Assembly: GCA_017458675.1 (NCBI GenBank)
Contig: JAFTAM010000096.1
Location: forward strand, 10,210-74,209
Direction: 5' to 3'
Length of the DNA stretch: 64,000 nt
DNA from: a bacterium
Lineage (GTDB): Bacteria; Vulcanimicrobiota; Xenobia; Xenobiales; Xenobiaceae
Part shown: in pieces, positions 29,338 to 39,307 of the stretch
How the letters are laid out: each line of letters starts with the position of its first letter
Position numbering within the stretch: position 1 is the first letter of the stretch
The notes under the pieces: generated by a model
The model's input: the letters and a program-made list of their open reading frames with translations, nothing else
What the model was told of the DNA's origin: nothing
Databases searched by the model: none
Position numbers and translations under genes: made by a program

Positions 29338-29413
<76 letters not shown>

Positions 29414-29422
29414 ATTTTATAC

Positions 29423-29500
29423 GGTGGATATAGCTCAGTTGGTTAGAGCGCCGGTCTGTGGAACCGGAGGTCGTGGGTTCGAGTCCCACTATCCACCCCA
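29423..29500 (+). tRNA. tRNA-His (anticodon GTG) with genomically encoded G-1
   Basis: Acceptor GTGGATA/TATCCAC preceded by G-1, anticodon loop CTGTGGA, T-loop TTCGAGT, CCA encoded. Confidence 0.85.
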
Positions 29501-29508
29501 TGATATCT

Positions 29509-29583
29509 GGGTCGCTAGCTCAGTGGAAGAGCATCTGACTTTTAATCCGAGGGTCACAGGTTCGAGTCCTGTGCGACCCACCA
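29509..29583 (+). tRNA. tRNA-Lys (anticodon TTT)
   Basis: Acceptor GGGTCGC/GCGACCC, anticodon loop CTTTTAA, T-loop TTCGAGT, CCA encoded. One mismatch in the anticodon stem. Confidence 0.8.
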
Positions 29584-29614
29584 GAGCATCTTTAACAAGG
29601 TGCTCTTTTTTTTT
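29584..29614 (+). terminator. Rho-independent terminator of the tRNA operon
   Basis: GAGCATC-TTTAACAA-GGTGCTC followed by T9. Confidence 0.65.
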
Positions 29615-29728
29615 GTATTTTGAAGACGTAAATGGGAAGGCGCGGCCATGCTGCGGTGCTGCAGCGGGAATGTCCGCAGATTTAGTAGAAATAGCTTTGC
29701 TCAGATTAGCATTTTTTTTCGAGGTAGG

Positions 29729-30076
29729 ATGATGAAACAGAATATATTTCCGGCGGCGGCTTCCTTCAACGATGAAGAGAGAGCCAGGATAGTTATAAGA
29801 TGTCTGTCCGGCGAGAAGGAAGAGGATTTGGCCAGAGAGATCGGCACTACCCCCGCAGTAATTGAAAGCTGGGTGAGAAAGGCCGGCGACGCCGCTCAAG
29901 GCAAAAAACTGACCGAAGAACAGCAGGTAGCCGAGAAGGATATCCAGGAACAGGCTGCCGAGCTGCAGGAGACGATAGCCCGTCTGCAGATGCAGATCGA
30001 ACAGACCCGAAAAATGGAGGAGACGCGCCGCATAATACTTGAGGCCCGTACCTCTTCGGCGATATTTAAGAATTAA
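29729..30076 (+). CDS. Small HTH protein resembling IS3-family OrfA (Transposase_8/HTH_Tnp_1-like) with a C-terminal coiled coil; orphan, with no OrfB partner
   Basis: About 115 aa starting at ATGATG (29729), with GAGGTAGG RBS. ERARIVIRCLSGEKEEDLAREIGTTPAVIESWVRKA matches the OrfA HTH pattern. Lies immediately 3' of the tRNA cluster. Confidence 0.45.
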   Translation: MMKQNIFPAAASFNDEERARIVIRCLSGEKEEDLAREIGTTPAVIESWVRKAGDAAQGKKLTEEQQVAEKDIQEQAAELQETIARLQMQIEQTRKMEETRRIILEARTSSAIFKN

Positions 30077-30093
30077 CAGGCGCCCTTTGCTCT

Positions 30094-31302
30094 TTGAAAG
30101 GTTCGGCTCTTATGAATCTCAGTTCAAAAATTGCAGGCGGTCTTTTAGCCTTGTTTATCGGCGGCGTTTGGGGATTGCCTGCCCTCGGAGACGATATTTT
30201 CGTTAGAAACGTTCCCTTTAAAAGAGCGGTTTATGCGGAAAATGTCTTATATGTGCCCATGGCGGATTTTATGAGGGCGCTGCGTATGCACTGGGCCGTC
30301 GATCCCAACACGAAAAGGCTTTTGTTCAGGCCTGATTTGACGGAAGGCGGAGATACGCTGCCCGAAGAGCCGATTTTTGAAGGCGAATACGAAGGTACGG
30401 TTTTTCCCGTTAACGGCCTGACGTATGAGGGCGAAATCTGGATTCCGGCGCGATTTGTGGCCGAGCGTCTGGGCTTTGGGGTAAACAGCAATGCTTCTAC
30501 GGGCATTATAGATATTGTCAAGTCCAGAAGTATAAGCCAGGCTGACCGGGACTGCGCCAGAGAGCTTCAGGAGGAGCATGAAGCCAAGGTAAAGAGGGCC
30601 GAAGAAATTTTGGCCGCCCGCCGGGCCGAAAAAAAAGCCAGGCTGCAGCGGGAGGCTGAGGAAGCTGAGGAAGCGGCCAGAAAGAAGGCTGCCGAAAAGG
30701 CTGCCGCCAAGCGCTCTCCCGTGAAAAAGTCCGCTAAGTCTGTCAGCGAGGGAAGTTTCCCGGCTGAATTTGACGAGTATGAGGATACTGGAGAGGCGGC
30801 GTTGAAGCCGCGCAGGGCACAAGCCGTTTCCGAAGACGGCGGTTCATATCCCCGGTCAAAGTCCGGGAGCGGCGCAAAGACTAAGAAAAAGGTTCAGGCC
30901 TCCGCCGCCGGGAAAACGGAGCTCACCCCAGCCGCAAAGGAGACTGCCGCCGAGAAAGCCGATACAGATACTGAAGCGGCGCAAGGCGATAAAGAGGCGA
31001 AGGATATTCCTGCCGCAGCCTTTGTCACCTATATGGCGCCTTTGGCGGCGGCGGATTACTCAACCGGAGATTTTAAACTGTCTGCGGAGATCTGCAACCG
31101 CGGCGAAACTGAGGCCCGCAATGTCAGCGCCGTATTGAGCGTTTTCGATTTTAACGGAAAGACGATCATAAAAAAGAGCGTTCATGTGGGAACTCTGGCC
31201 CCCGGGCAGAGCGTCGTCGTAAAGGAAAGCGGCCGTCATCCTCAGCGCGGCAGCATGCCCCGCGGCAATTATGAACTGAAGGTGGAACTTAACTGGGATT
31301 AG
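30094..31302 (+). CDS. Secreted protein: copper-amine-oxidase-N-like stalk domain, Lys/Ala/Glu-rich linker, C-terminal Ig/CARDB-like domain
   Basis: 402 aa with a signal peptide (LLALFIGGVWGLPALG), a low-complexity charged linker and a beta-rich C-terminus. Confidence 0.55.
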   Translation: MKGSALMNLSSKIAGGLLALFIGGVWGLPALGDDIFVRNVPFKRAVYAENVLYVPMADFMRALRMHWAVDPNTKRLLFRPDLTEGGDTLPEEPIFEGEYEGTVFPVNGLTYEGEIWIPARFVAERLGFGVNSNASTGIIDIVKSRSISQADRDCARELQEEHEAKVKRAEEILAARRAEKKARLQREAEEAEEAARKKAAEKAAAKRSPVKKSAKSVSEGSFPAEFDEYEDTGEAALKPRRAQAVSEDGGSYPRSKSGSGAKTKKKVQASAAGKTELTPAAKETAAEKADTDTEAAQGDKEAKDIPAAAFVTYMAPLAAADYSTGDFKLSAEICNRGETEARNVSAVLSVFDFNGKTIIKKSVHVGTLAPGQSVVVKESGRHPQRGSMPRGNYELKVELNWD

Positions 31303-31528
31303 CTTAAAAGCATAAATGCAGTTTGGGCAGGTATCTTAAATGTATCTGCGAAGCTATTAAGGTTATACGAACTTTTAAAACTTGTTTTTTGTGTCTATTC
31401 AGGTTCCAGGCTTTTTTGGCATACTTTGACCGGGTTTAATATCCCCGTGAAGCTGTACAGAAAAAGTGCCGTTCGGTGCATTCGTATCACGCGTGGTGAC
31501 GTGAGTAGAAACACAGCGGAGGAAATTT

Positions 31529-32089
31529 ATGATCTCAGTTAACGATTTCCGAACCGGTCTGACCGTCAAAATTGACGGCGACCTCTATCAAATCGTAGAA
31601 TTTCTGCATGTAAAGCCCGGAAAAGGCGCAGCTTTTGTCCGTTCTAAGATCAAAAACATCAAGACCGGCTTCGTTATTGAGAGAACCTTCAGAGGCGGCG
31701 AAAAGATCGAGAGAGCTCATATCGATCGCCGCAAGATGCAGTACACCTATTCTGAGGGAGATATGTATCACTTCATGGATATGGAAACCTATGACGATTT
31801 GGCCATCAGCGCCGATATGCTGGGCAAGGACAAGCAGTGGCTCAAGGACGGCATGGAGGTCGATGTCGCTTTGTACGAAGAGAGTCCCATAGGTATTGAG
31901 GTTCCTAACTTTGTTGAGCTGGTTGTCACTCATACCGAGCCCGGCTTCAAGGGCGATACCGCCACCGGCGCAGTCAAGCCCGCTACCGTGGAAACCGGAG
32001 CCGTTGTCAACGTTCCTCTGTTTGTGGAAATCGGGACCAAGATTCAGATCGATACCAGAAGCGGCGAATATCTGCGCCGTCTCAGCTAG
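31529..32089 (+). CDS. efp: Elongation factor P
   Basis: 186 aa. MISVNDFRTGLTVKIDGDLYQIVEFLHVKPGKGAAFVRSKIKN closely matches the EF-P N-terminal KOW-like domain, followed by two OB domains. Confidence 0.95.
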   Translation: MISVNDFRTGLTVKIDGDLYQIVEFLHVKPGKGAAFVRSKIKNIKTGFVIERTFRGGEKIERAHIDRRKMQYTYSEGDMYHFMDMETYDDLAISADMLGKDKQWLKDGMEVDVALYEESPIGIEVPNFVELVVTHTEPGFKGDTATGAVKPATVETGAVVNVPLFVEIGTKIQIDTRSGEYLRRLS

Positions 32090-32104
32090 AAGCTTTTAAA
32101 GAGA

Positions 32105-32140
32105 GCCGTCCTGCCTCTGAGCGAGCAGGGCGGTTTTTTT
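32105..32140 (+). terminator. Rho-independent terminator after efp
   Basis: CCGTCCTGC-loop-GCAGGGCGG followed by T7. Confidence 0.65.
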
Positions 32141-32231
32141 GTGTTCAGGCAGCTTTGAGCAGCTGGGTGAGCACGGAGGCTGCGGATATTTTTGAAGGAA
32201 GGAGAAGAACCTTACAGAACTTTAAACAGTT

Positions 32232-33023
32232 ATGTTTTGTAATTTTCGTCGTCATATATTGTTATCCTGTGCCGGTCTTTTTATTTTGGGACTGAGCGCC
32301 TGCGGAGGCTCGCAGGTGACGCATTACAGCGCGCAGATTGGCCGCTTCTGTGAAAATGGGGTCTCTTTTACGGTCCCTATGATTTCCCGAACTCAGAGCA
32401 TGTCCGGCGAGGACAGATTCTGGGAGCTCAGACGGGGCATCGGCGAAGCGGTGGTCGTGGTTTTGGCCGAAGCCGAATCGGCTTCCGATTCCAAAACTTT
32501 CAGAAGCAATATGACCTTGACCAAAGTGGATTTGGAGGGGGCCAAGCTCAATGCGGAGGTCTTCTGCAAGGAGCAGACCGAGGCTCTGCGCAAAGAGGGC
32601 TTCGCTCAGAAGATAGAGAGCGGCAGCGACGGAGTCGGTCCCTGGGTGAGCTTTTCTCAGGAAAAAAACGGTCTGCCCATAGCCTGCAAGGCCTGGTTTT
32701 TTGTCTATAACCGGGATAACGCTCAGCCGGAGGGCTATGTGCTGCTGGGATCGGCCTGGCAGGGAAGTCCGGCTTTAAAGGATACCATGACTAAATTTGC
32801 CGAGGTGGCCGCTACCGTTAAATTCGGGAGTTTTGAATCCGGTTTCGTCAAACATGCCGCCGCCCTGAGCGACGCCGCGGCCTCGCTGTCTGAGGGCGGC
32901 TTAAAGAGCGTATCGGCGGCCGCGGATAAGGCGGCTGCGCCCGAGCCAGGCAAAGGAGCGGAGATAACCGGCAATAATTCTGAGGCGCCGTCCGCCGAGC
33001 CTTCCAAAGAGCAGGCCGATTAA
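32232..33023 (+). CDS. Hypothetical lipoprotein
   Basis: 263 aa. Lipobox (LGLSACGG) after a hydrophobic signal. Ala/Ser-rich C-terminus. Confidence 0.55.
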   Translation: MFCNFRRHILLSCAGLFILGLSACGGSQVTHYSAQIGRFCENGVSFTVPMISRTQSMSGEDRFWELRRGIGEAVVVVLAEAESASDSKTFRSNMTLTKVDLEGAKLNAEVFCKEQTEALRKEGFAQKIESGSDGVGPWVSFSQEKNGLPIACKAWFFVYNRDNAQPEGYVLLGSAWQGSPALKDTMTKFAEVAATVKFGSFESGFVKHAAALSDAAASLSEGGLKSVSAAADKAAAPEPGKGAEITGNNSEAPSAEPSKEQAD

Positions 33024-33209
33024 ATTCCCAGCGGCAGAAGCGGCAAGGCGGCGTCTGCCGTTCCGAGCGGAGAGGCTGTAATTGAATCGCTGGATCTTTC
33101 GCCGGATGGGCAGGACGGCAAAAAGACTCTCATTCTGAGCGGAGCGAAAAATCTTGCGTATTTGAGCCGCTAAACTCATTAGGCCGGATTCGACAGAACG
33201 GCCGGTATC

Positions 33210-33578
33210 GTGCAGTATTTGGAAAGGCGGTGCGCTTTGGCGGACGTCCCCGATAAATGGAAGGTTTGTGCTCTTTGCCGTCATTTGGAAAGCGTAGTGA
33301 GCGACCAGGATATAGAGGGTATTATCAATACTGAATATACGGTTTTTCACTGCCGAAAGCTGGACGCATACCGATATGAGCAATATCTGCTGACGCCGCC
33401 GGCGGAAAGCACCGAAGAAATGGAAGCGGGAAACAGGGAGGAACCCTGTCCCTATTGGGAAGCCTGGGAGCAGGAAAACGCCGAAGCCTATGCAGAGATG
33501 CCTGAATGTGACGGCGACGTTTCCGACAGCGATATGGCCAGACTGCTCCGAGATCTTATGGACGCCTCCGGCGATTGA
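33210..33578 (+). CDS. Hypothetical acidic protein
   Basis: 122 aa ORF. No domain recognised and the start is uncertain. Confidence 0.35.
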   Translation: MQYLERRCALADVPDKWKVCALCRHLESVVSDQDIEGIINTEYTVFHCRKLDAYRYEQYLLTPPAESTEEMEAGNREEPCPYWEAWEQENAEAYAEMPECDGDVSDSDMARLLRDLMDASGD

Positions 33579-33642
33579 AATTGTGCATAGCTGCTGCAGG
33601 CCTTCAGTTCAGAAATTTCCTGCCGCAGAGTGAGGATATTAT

Positions 33643-35811
33643 ATGGCAGGAATTATCTCTGAGATTGCCGGCTTGAAGAAGCTGGGCGAGCATACCCGCC
33701 GCGGTAAGCACTCTGAATTCGGCGAGGTTGTGGTCAGGGAGCTTACGGGCGTCTCTCTTAAGGAGGCTGAAGCCAGATTTGAACAAATCCGCAGATGCGC
33801 AGTCCCCAATCTTACGGTCCCTCATGCCGTGTGTGAGGAGGAGGGTCATGTTTATGCGGTGCGTCCCTGGGTTGAGGGCCAGCCGCTCAGGCCTGTCATT
33901 AAAATTGACCAGGCCAGGCAGATTGCAGAATTGGCGGCTTCTATTCCCGCAGACTTTGCCGTCTACGATTTTTGTCCCGAGCATTTAATCCGTCAGGGCA
34001 AGAAAATTGTTTTATGCGATCCCGGTTTTTCGGTCAGAGGAAGGCTTCCCTACTGCGCCCCCGAGCAGGTAAACCGCGCCGAAGTGACGGCCGAAGCCTT
34101 TTATTATCAGTTGGGTGCGGTTCTGTACCATTTGTTGGAGGGCGAGGCTCCTCCCGATCCGCAGACTCTGCTGATCCCCAATGTGGAGCTGCCTGAACTT
34201 AAAAAGGTGTCCGGAGCGGTCGCTTCGACCGTCAGAAATATGTTTGAGGCCGATCCGGCAATGCGCCCTCTGCCTTCTGAGCTGCTGAGCGATTTTATGG
34301 ATCTGCAGGGGAGCGGCGGCGAAGACTCCGCCTCTATGGAGCGGCGCTTTAAGGAGGCCAAAGCCCAGGAGCAGCCGCCTGGACTTACAAAATTTGAACT
34401 GCAGAGCGGATTGCAGAACGATCTCTCGCTTTCGGAGGAAATCTGCCGCTGCATCAATCTTAAGCTCAAGGCCTTCTTCGGCAAAATCGACGGAGCGGCG
34501 CTGGCTCTGGTTGCGCTGCCTCTGCTGATCGGCGGTGGAGCGGGATATCTGGCGCTGCGCGGCCATTGGTTCGACTATCTCGACGAACAGCCCGCTGCGG
34601 CGGAGATCAGCGAAAAGGCTCCTCCTTCAATGGACAATCTGCCCTCTTCCTGGGTTTCCCCTAAGGATAGAGCCCGCATGATTTTAATTCAGGCCGGTCC
34701 TTTTTATAAGGGTCCCGTGCCGGATATCGGAAAGTCCTCACAGCCTAAAATCACCGATTTAGAGGCTTTTTATATCGACCGCTATGAGGTCACCAACCGC
34801 CAGTTCAAGAAATTTGTCGAGGAAACCGGCTATAAGGCTCAGGGAAGCTGGCAGGAGGCGGCCACAGACGACCGTCTGGATCATCCGGTCATCATGGTCT
34901 CTTATTATGACTGCGAGGCCTATGCCCATTGGGCGGGCAAGCGTCTGCCTACGGCGGCGGAATGGGAAAAGGCCGCCCGCGGCGGCGATCTGCGCGTTTA
35001 TCCCTGGGGCGGAACCACCGCGGATTTAAGTAAATTCAACTGCGTGGAGAGCGGCATAGGCAACACCGTACCGGTCGGCTCCTTCCCAAAGGGAGCTTCC
35101 CCTTACGGAGTGGAGGATATGGCAGGCAACGTCTGGGAATGGGTTGATACCTGGTTTATCCCCTATGGGGCTTCCGACAAATATACTCCGCTGTCGAAGG
35201 TCATTAAGGGCGGTTCGCGCAGCGACAAGGCGGCCGACTGTATGCTGATTCAGGAGAGAGGCGTGCTTCCGGAGCAGGGACGCTTGGTAAATTCCGGATT
35301 CCGCTGCGTTTTCGATCCCTTGGGCAAAAAGACCGATCTCAAAGATCGGCAGATCAAAAAGCTGCGTCCCTTGGATAAGCTGCAGCCTAAAAAATCTGAC
35401 AGAGACGAGCCGGATCGAACGGCGCTTCCTTATGAGGGCGCCGCTTCCCCCGGATACGGCGCGGAGGGCGATTACGACAGCCATTTTGACTCTCCGTATG
35501 AAGGCGGCTACGATAACGGCGGCTCCGCTTATTACGCTGATGAAAATACGGACGGCGGAGACGCGGAGAGCGAAGGCTCGGCGTATGACGCAGCGGGGAA
35601 TGGCGAAGCCGCCGAGGAAGAAGCAGCCGGAAAGAATGAAGGCGGAGCGTTCTCCGAAACGGGAGAGGATAAGAGCAAAAAATATAAGTTTGACAATGGC
35701 GATATCCCTGACGCTCCTGACCCCAATAAGCCCAGACATACGGTAATTCCCGACATAGAGAGCGGAACCAGCAGCGGTTTTGTCGATGAAGATCAGGTCA
35801 ATTATCATTAA
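33643..35811 (+). CDS. Degenerate Ser/Thr protein kinase-like domain fused via a TM segment to a formylglycine-generating-enzyme (FGE/SUMF1) sulfatase-modifying domain, with an acidic C-terminal tail
   Basis: 722 aa. The N-terminus has a kinase-like fold (YCAPEQ APE-like motif), but the catalytic HRD is replaced by YDF and DFG by DPG. TM helix LALVALPLLIGGGAGYLAL. The FGE domain has DRYEVTNRQF, ...YYDCEAYAHWAGKRLPTAAEWEKAARGG, RVYPWG and GNVWEWV. Confidence 0.75.
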   Translation: MAGIISEIAGLKKLGEHTRRGKHSEFGEVVVRELTGVSLKEAEARFEQIRRCAVPNLTVPHAVCEEEGHVYAVRPWVEGQPLRPVIKIDQARQIAELAASIPADFAVYDFCPEHLIRQGKKIVLCDPGFSVRGRLPYCAPEQVNRAEVTAEAFYYQLGAVLYHLLEGEAPPDPQTLLIPNVELPELKKVSGAVASTVRNMFEADPAMRPLPSELLSDFMDLQGSGGEDSASMERRFKEAKAQEQPPGLTKFELQSGLQNDLSLSEEICRCINLKLKAFFGKIDGAALALVALPLLIGGGAGYLALRGHWFDYLDEQPAAAEISEKAPPSMDNLPSSWVSPKDRARMILIQAGPFYKGPVPDIGKSSQPKITDLEAFYIDRYEVTNRQFKKFVEETGYKAQGSWQEAATDDRLDHPVIMVSYYDCEAYAHWAGKRLPTAAEWEKAARGGDLRVYPWGGTTADLSKFNCVESGIGNTVPVGSFPKGASPYGVEDMAGNVWEWVDTWFIPYGASDKYTPLSKVIKGGSRSDKAADCMLIQERGVLPEQGRLVNSGFRCVFDPLGKKTDLKDRQIKKLRPLDKLQPKKSDRDEPDRTALPYEGAASPGYGAEGDYDSHFDSPYEGGYDNGGSAYYADENTDGGDAESEGSAYDAAGNGEAAEEEAAGKNEGGAFSETGEDKSKKYKFDNGDIPDAPDPNKPRHTVIPDIESGTSSGFVDEDQVNYH

Positions 35812-37303
35812 ATGCTTCGCTTCGTTTATTTGCCTGCGCCGCCAGAGGCTGGCTGAGCCTGTGCGGAAGCGTTTTGCTTCCTCAAAAGGCTTTTCGGAAG
35901 CAGCGGCTTTATGCTCTCTGCTTATGCTGCTTTTTTGCTTTTCAGCGGCGGGCTTCTGCGGTCCTGAAAGTACTGAAGACGGCCCGGGGGCGGAAGAATT
36001 AAAAGCGGCTGAAAGCGTTAAGAGATCAGAGCCTGGAGACGGCGGAGCGGAACATGAAAAAACAGATGAAAGCGAAGCCTTTGACGCTGTCGCCGCTCTT
36101 AAATATCCGGTGCGGATTCTGCTGGCTGTAAAGAAAGAAAGCTTCTGCATTAAAGCGGCTGAGGCGGTTACGCCCTCTTTTAATGAACAGCCTGCCGCTT
36201 CGGAGAGCGGCGCCGAAGGGAAGCTTTATGTCAACGGCCGCCCGCATGAGGGCGACAGTTTTGAATATTCCTGCAGCGAAGGAGTGACGACGCTGGCTTG
36301 TTCGGGAGCGCGATCTGCTTTAGAGTTCGACGGGAACATATTTCGCGGCTGTCTGGAGCTGTCCGGGCGCGGGGGCAGAACCGAGGTGGTCAACGTCGTG
36401 GCCTTGGAGGATTATCTGCGCGGAGTTGTCGCTAAGGAGCTGCTTTGCTCGGAGCTGGAAGCTATGAAAGCTCAGGCGGTGGCGGCGCGGACTTATGCCT
36501 ATGCCCGAAGCGGGGCCGCAGCCGGCGGCTGGGATCTGCGCTGCGATACTTCTTCTCAGGTTTACGGAGGCATTAAAGCCGAACGCTCTATTTCCGATCT
36601 GGCTGTTGAGCAGACTCGGGGGCTGGTGCTGGCCTATAACGGTTCGCTGGCTTCTCAGGCTCTGTATCATTCGGCCTGCGGAGGACATACGGAAAGCAGC
36701 GGCTTTGTTTACGGAACCGCGCCCGTCGAATATCTGCAGGGAGTAGAGTGCGCCGGCTCTGAAGGACGCCCGGCCTGCGCCGCTTCGCCTTACTCTTTTT
36801 GGCGCGCCGAATGGAGCCGTGAAGAGTTAGGGCAGGAGATAGCGGAATATTTGGGAAGAAAAGCTGAGGCGGTGCGGGGAATACGTATTTTGGAACGCGG
36901 TCCCTCGGGAAGAGTTTCCAGGCTGGAAGCCGTTTTTGAAGACGGCGGCAGCGCAGTTCTTGAGCGTGAACAAATACGCCGGGCTCTGCGCTTTACCGAC
37001 GGCGCAGGACGGCGGAGGAACCTTCCGTCGCTGAAATTTGTTGTAGAGGCAGACGGCTTTTCGCAGAATTTACAGTTTGAGGACGACGATATTCCTTTCC
37101 CCGAAGCGGTTTTTGAAAGCGGCGGAGAGGCGGAGAATAAAAGCGGTTCCGTAGTCATTGTCGGAAGCGGCTGGGGACACGGCGTGGGAATGTGTCAGTT
37201 CGGAGCGATGGGGCTGTCGGCCCTTAAATTCTCTTTTGAGGATATTTTGAAATATTATTATTCAGGTACAGAGGTTGTCTGTATAGACAGTCTGCATATT
37301 TAA
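35780..37303 (+). CDS. SpoIID/LytB-domain protein (putative lytic transglycosylase/amidase enhancer); probable true start 35924 (signal peptide MLLFCFSAAGFCG)
   Basis: SpoIID signature region (VVNVVALEDYLRGVVAKELLCSELEAMKAQAVAARTYAYAR...YHSACGGHTE). The first 48 codons of the long ORF overlap the upstream gene. Confidence 0.75.
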   Translation: MSMKIRSIIIKCFASFICLRRQRLAEPVRKRFASSKGFSEAAALCSLLMLLFCFSAAGFCGPESTEDGPGAEELKAAESVKRSEPGDGGAEHEKTDESEAFDAVAALKYPVRILLAVKKESFCIKAAEAVTPSFNEQPAASESGAEGKLYVNGRPHEGDSFEYSCSEGVTTLACSGARSALEFDGNIFRGCLELSGRGGRTEVVNVVALEDYLRGVVAKELLCSELEAMKAQAVAARTYAYARSGAAAGGWDLRCDTSSQVYGGIKAERSISDLAVEQTRGLVLAYNGSLASQALYHSACGGHTESSGFVYGTAPVEYLQGVECAGSEGRPACAASPYSFWRAEWSREELGQEIAEYLGRKAEAVRGIRILERGPSGRVSRLEAVFEDGGSAVLEREQIRRALRFTDGAGRRRNLPSLKFVVEADGFSQNLQFEDDDIPFPEAVFESGGEAENKSGSVVIVGSGWGHGVGMCQFGAMGLSALKFSFEDILKYYYSGTEVVCIDSLHI

Positions 37304-37331
37304 TTTATATATAGACAGGAGAGCTGAGATA

Positions 37332-38420
37332 ATGCTTTACAGAAAAGGATCGACGGTTTTTAACGAGATTATTGAACAGCCTAAAATGTGGCGGAGCGTT
37401 TTGAGCGCTATGGAGGCCAGGCGCAGCGAGATATTTGCCTGGATTAAGAGTCAGAATTTCGGTCAGGTTATTTATATTGCGGCCGCTGATCTTTACAACG
37501 CAGCTATGTCGGCGGCGAAAATAACTCATTTGGTTTCCGGCTTAAATTCGCTGGCGGCTTCTCCCAGTGAAATTATGTACGGACGCAGGCCTCCCTATGA
37601 CGCCCGTATCCGCACTCTGGTTGTAGTTCTCTCTTCTCCGGATGTAAAACAGGAGCTGGTATGGGGCATTGAAAAGCTCAAGCAAATGGATCCCAAGGCT
37701 CAGTTTTTAGCCCTTGAGGTTGAAGAAGCGGCGATTGCTTCGGAAGGCCTGGTAAATTACAGCATTTTGTTCGCCGATGTCAAAGATGCGGCCAAAACTC
37801 CCATTCACAAGGTCAGCGGCCTGCTGTTGGCTTCCTTTGTCCTTGTCGGATGGCTGTCCGGCAAGCAGATGCTTTTGGACGAGCTCAACCGCCTTCCCGA
37901 TATCGGCGAGGCTCATATAAAGGATTGGCAGGTCAAAGCTCAGCAGTTAGTTTTAGATAAGCCCGTTCATATGGTATTCTTAGGTTCAGGTCCTTTTTAC
38001 GGTATAGCCCGCGAGGCGGCCAGCCTTGTAGCCAGAACCGCCGCCGTTCACAGCGGCAGCGACACCTTTGCGGAATACCGCCACGGCGCCTACGGCTGCA
38101 CCACCAATCAGTCCCTGATAGTGGGCCTTATGTCAAATACCTTTAAAAATATCGAGAGCCGCATTCTGGCCGACGTCGGCATCTGCCGCGCCCGCAGGGT
38201 GGCCGTGGCCGAGGAATCCAGTTCCGAGCTGATCACTCGCTGCGACGATATTTTGGAACTTAAATCGGGAGTGAGCGAGATCGCCAGAGTTCTGCTCATG
38301 CTTCCTGCGGTCCAGTTTATTGTGTTCTACCTGGCTATGTCCCGAGGCATCAATCCCGATAATCCCAAGCATCTGGATCATCCTGCCATTGCGCTGAAAG
38401 AACGTCCGGGCGCCAAGTAA
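37332..38420 (+). CDS. SIS-domain sugar-phosphate isomerase/aminotransferase-like protein
   Basis: 362 aa with two SIS-like Rossmann halves (VIYIAAADLYNAAMS..., HMVFLGSGPFYGIAREAASLVART). Confidence 0.65.
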   Translation: MLYRKGSTVFNEIIEQPKMWRSVLSAMEARRSEIFAWIKSQNFGQVIYIAAADLYNAAMSAAKITHLVSGLNSLAASPSEIMYGRRPPYDARIRTLVVVLSSPDVKQELVWGIEKLKQMDPKAQFLALEVEEAAIASEGLVNYSILFADVKDAAKTPIHKVSGLLLASFVLVGWLSGKQMLLDELNRLPDIGEAHIKDWQVKAQQLVLDKPVHMVFLGSGPFYGIAREAASLVARTAAVHSGSDTFAEYRHGAYGCTTNQSLIVGLMSNTFKNIESRILADVGICRARRVAVAEESSSELITRCDDILELKSGVSEIARVLLMLPAVQFIVFYLAMSRGINPDNPKHLDHPAIALKERPGAK

Positions 38421-38426
38421 AATACT

Positions 38427-39131
38427 ATGTTTTTAGCCTTTTATACGAATTTAGCCGAGTTTCTGGGAACGCGCAGCGGAATCTTCGCGGCCTTAATCCC
38501 TCTGATTGCGGCTATGGCTCTTATTAAATGGTGGGATTCCAAATTGGGAGTCCCTCCCTATGCGAGCCTGAGGAACGAACAGAAGATCTGGCTGACGCTG
38601 CATTTTCTGCCTCCCCAGGCCTCTGCCCGCACCGCCTCCTGTCTGGGAGAGGAAAAACTGCGGATCTGCATGGACAGTTCTAAAGAGACCGCCGACAGTA
38701 CCGTCAGATACAAGAAAGAACTTATCGACGATTTTTTAGATCGTTATGATAAATTGGGCAAGGAAGATCTGGACCTCAGTATAGTCGGCTGCAGCGACGC
38801 CTTTGAGGCTTTGGCTCATATTTATGAAAACCGCGAGGAAGAGCTGTCCGCCTGTCTGCTGGCTGTATGGCCGCTGCAGGAGGATAAGGCAGCCGAACCC
38901 TCCGAGAAGAGCTCTGCCGGGGAAGATACCGATCCTGACGCAAAGTCCGGAGAGGCAGCTTCTGACAAGGCTGTTCCTGCCGATAAGGCTGAGCCTGCTT
39001 TGCCGGAAGCGGCTGCTCCGAAGGCTGAAGCCGACAAGTCTCCGAATGCCGAGGCGAATGAGGCTTCTGTAGCTGAGGAAAAGGCTGAGCCGAGTGCGGC
39101 GCCTGCGGATAAGGAGACGGCTGAAGTCTGA
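38427..39131 (+). CDS. Hypothetical membrane-anchored protein with Ala/Glu/Lys/Pro-rich tail
   Basis: 234 aa with an N-terminal TM helix and a low-complexity C-terminus. Confidence 0.45.
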   Translation: MFLAFYTNLAEFLGTRSGIFAALIPLIAAMALIKWWDSKLGVPPYASLRNEQKIWLTLHFLPPQASARTASCLGEEKLRICMDSSKETADSTVRYKKELIDDFLDRYDKLGKEDLDLSIVGCSDAFEALAHIYENREEELSACLLAVWPLQEDKAAEPSEKSSAGEDTDPDAKSGEAASDKAVPADKAEPALPEAAAPKAEADKSPNAEANEASVAEEKAEPSAAPADKETAEV

Positions 39132-39150
39132 AGTCGGCTTCTGCTGAAAG

Positions 39151-39188
39151 GCCGCTGCATTTATTTTATGCGGCGGCTTTTTTTTTCG
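39151..39188 (+). terminator. Rho-independent terminator
   Basis: GCCGCTGCAT-TTATTTT-ATGCGGCGGC followed by T10. Confidence 0.65.
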
Positions 39189-39307
39189 GTTTCCTGGCCG
39201 GACCGTCATGCTGAGCGAAGAATTTTGCGGCTGCAGTTATCTCTGTCGGTTCTAGGCGCGCCGTGCAAATATTTTCTTATTGAAAACAGACAAAGAGGGA
39301 GTCTTTT

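Noticed and set aside
29729-31302. Complete IS element after the tRNA cluster
   Set aside because: Only an OrfA-like HTH gene is present. The next gene encodes a secreted structural protein, not a DDE transposase, and no terminal inverted repeats were found.
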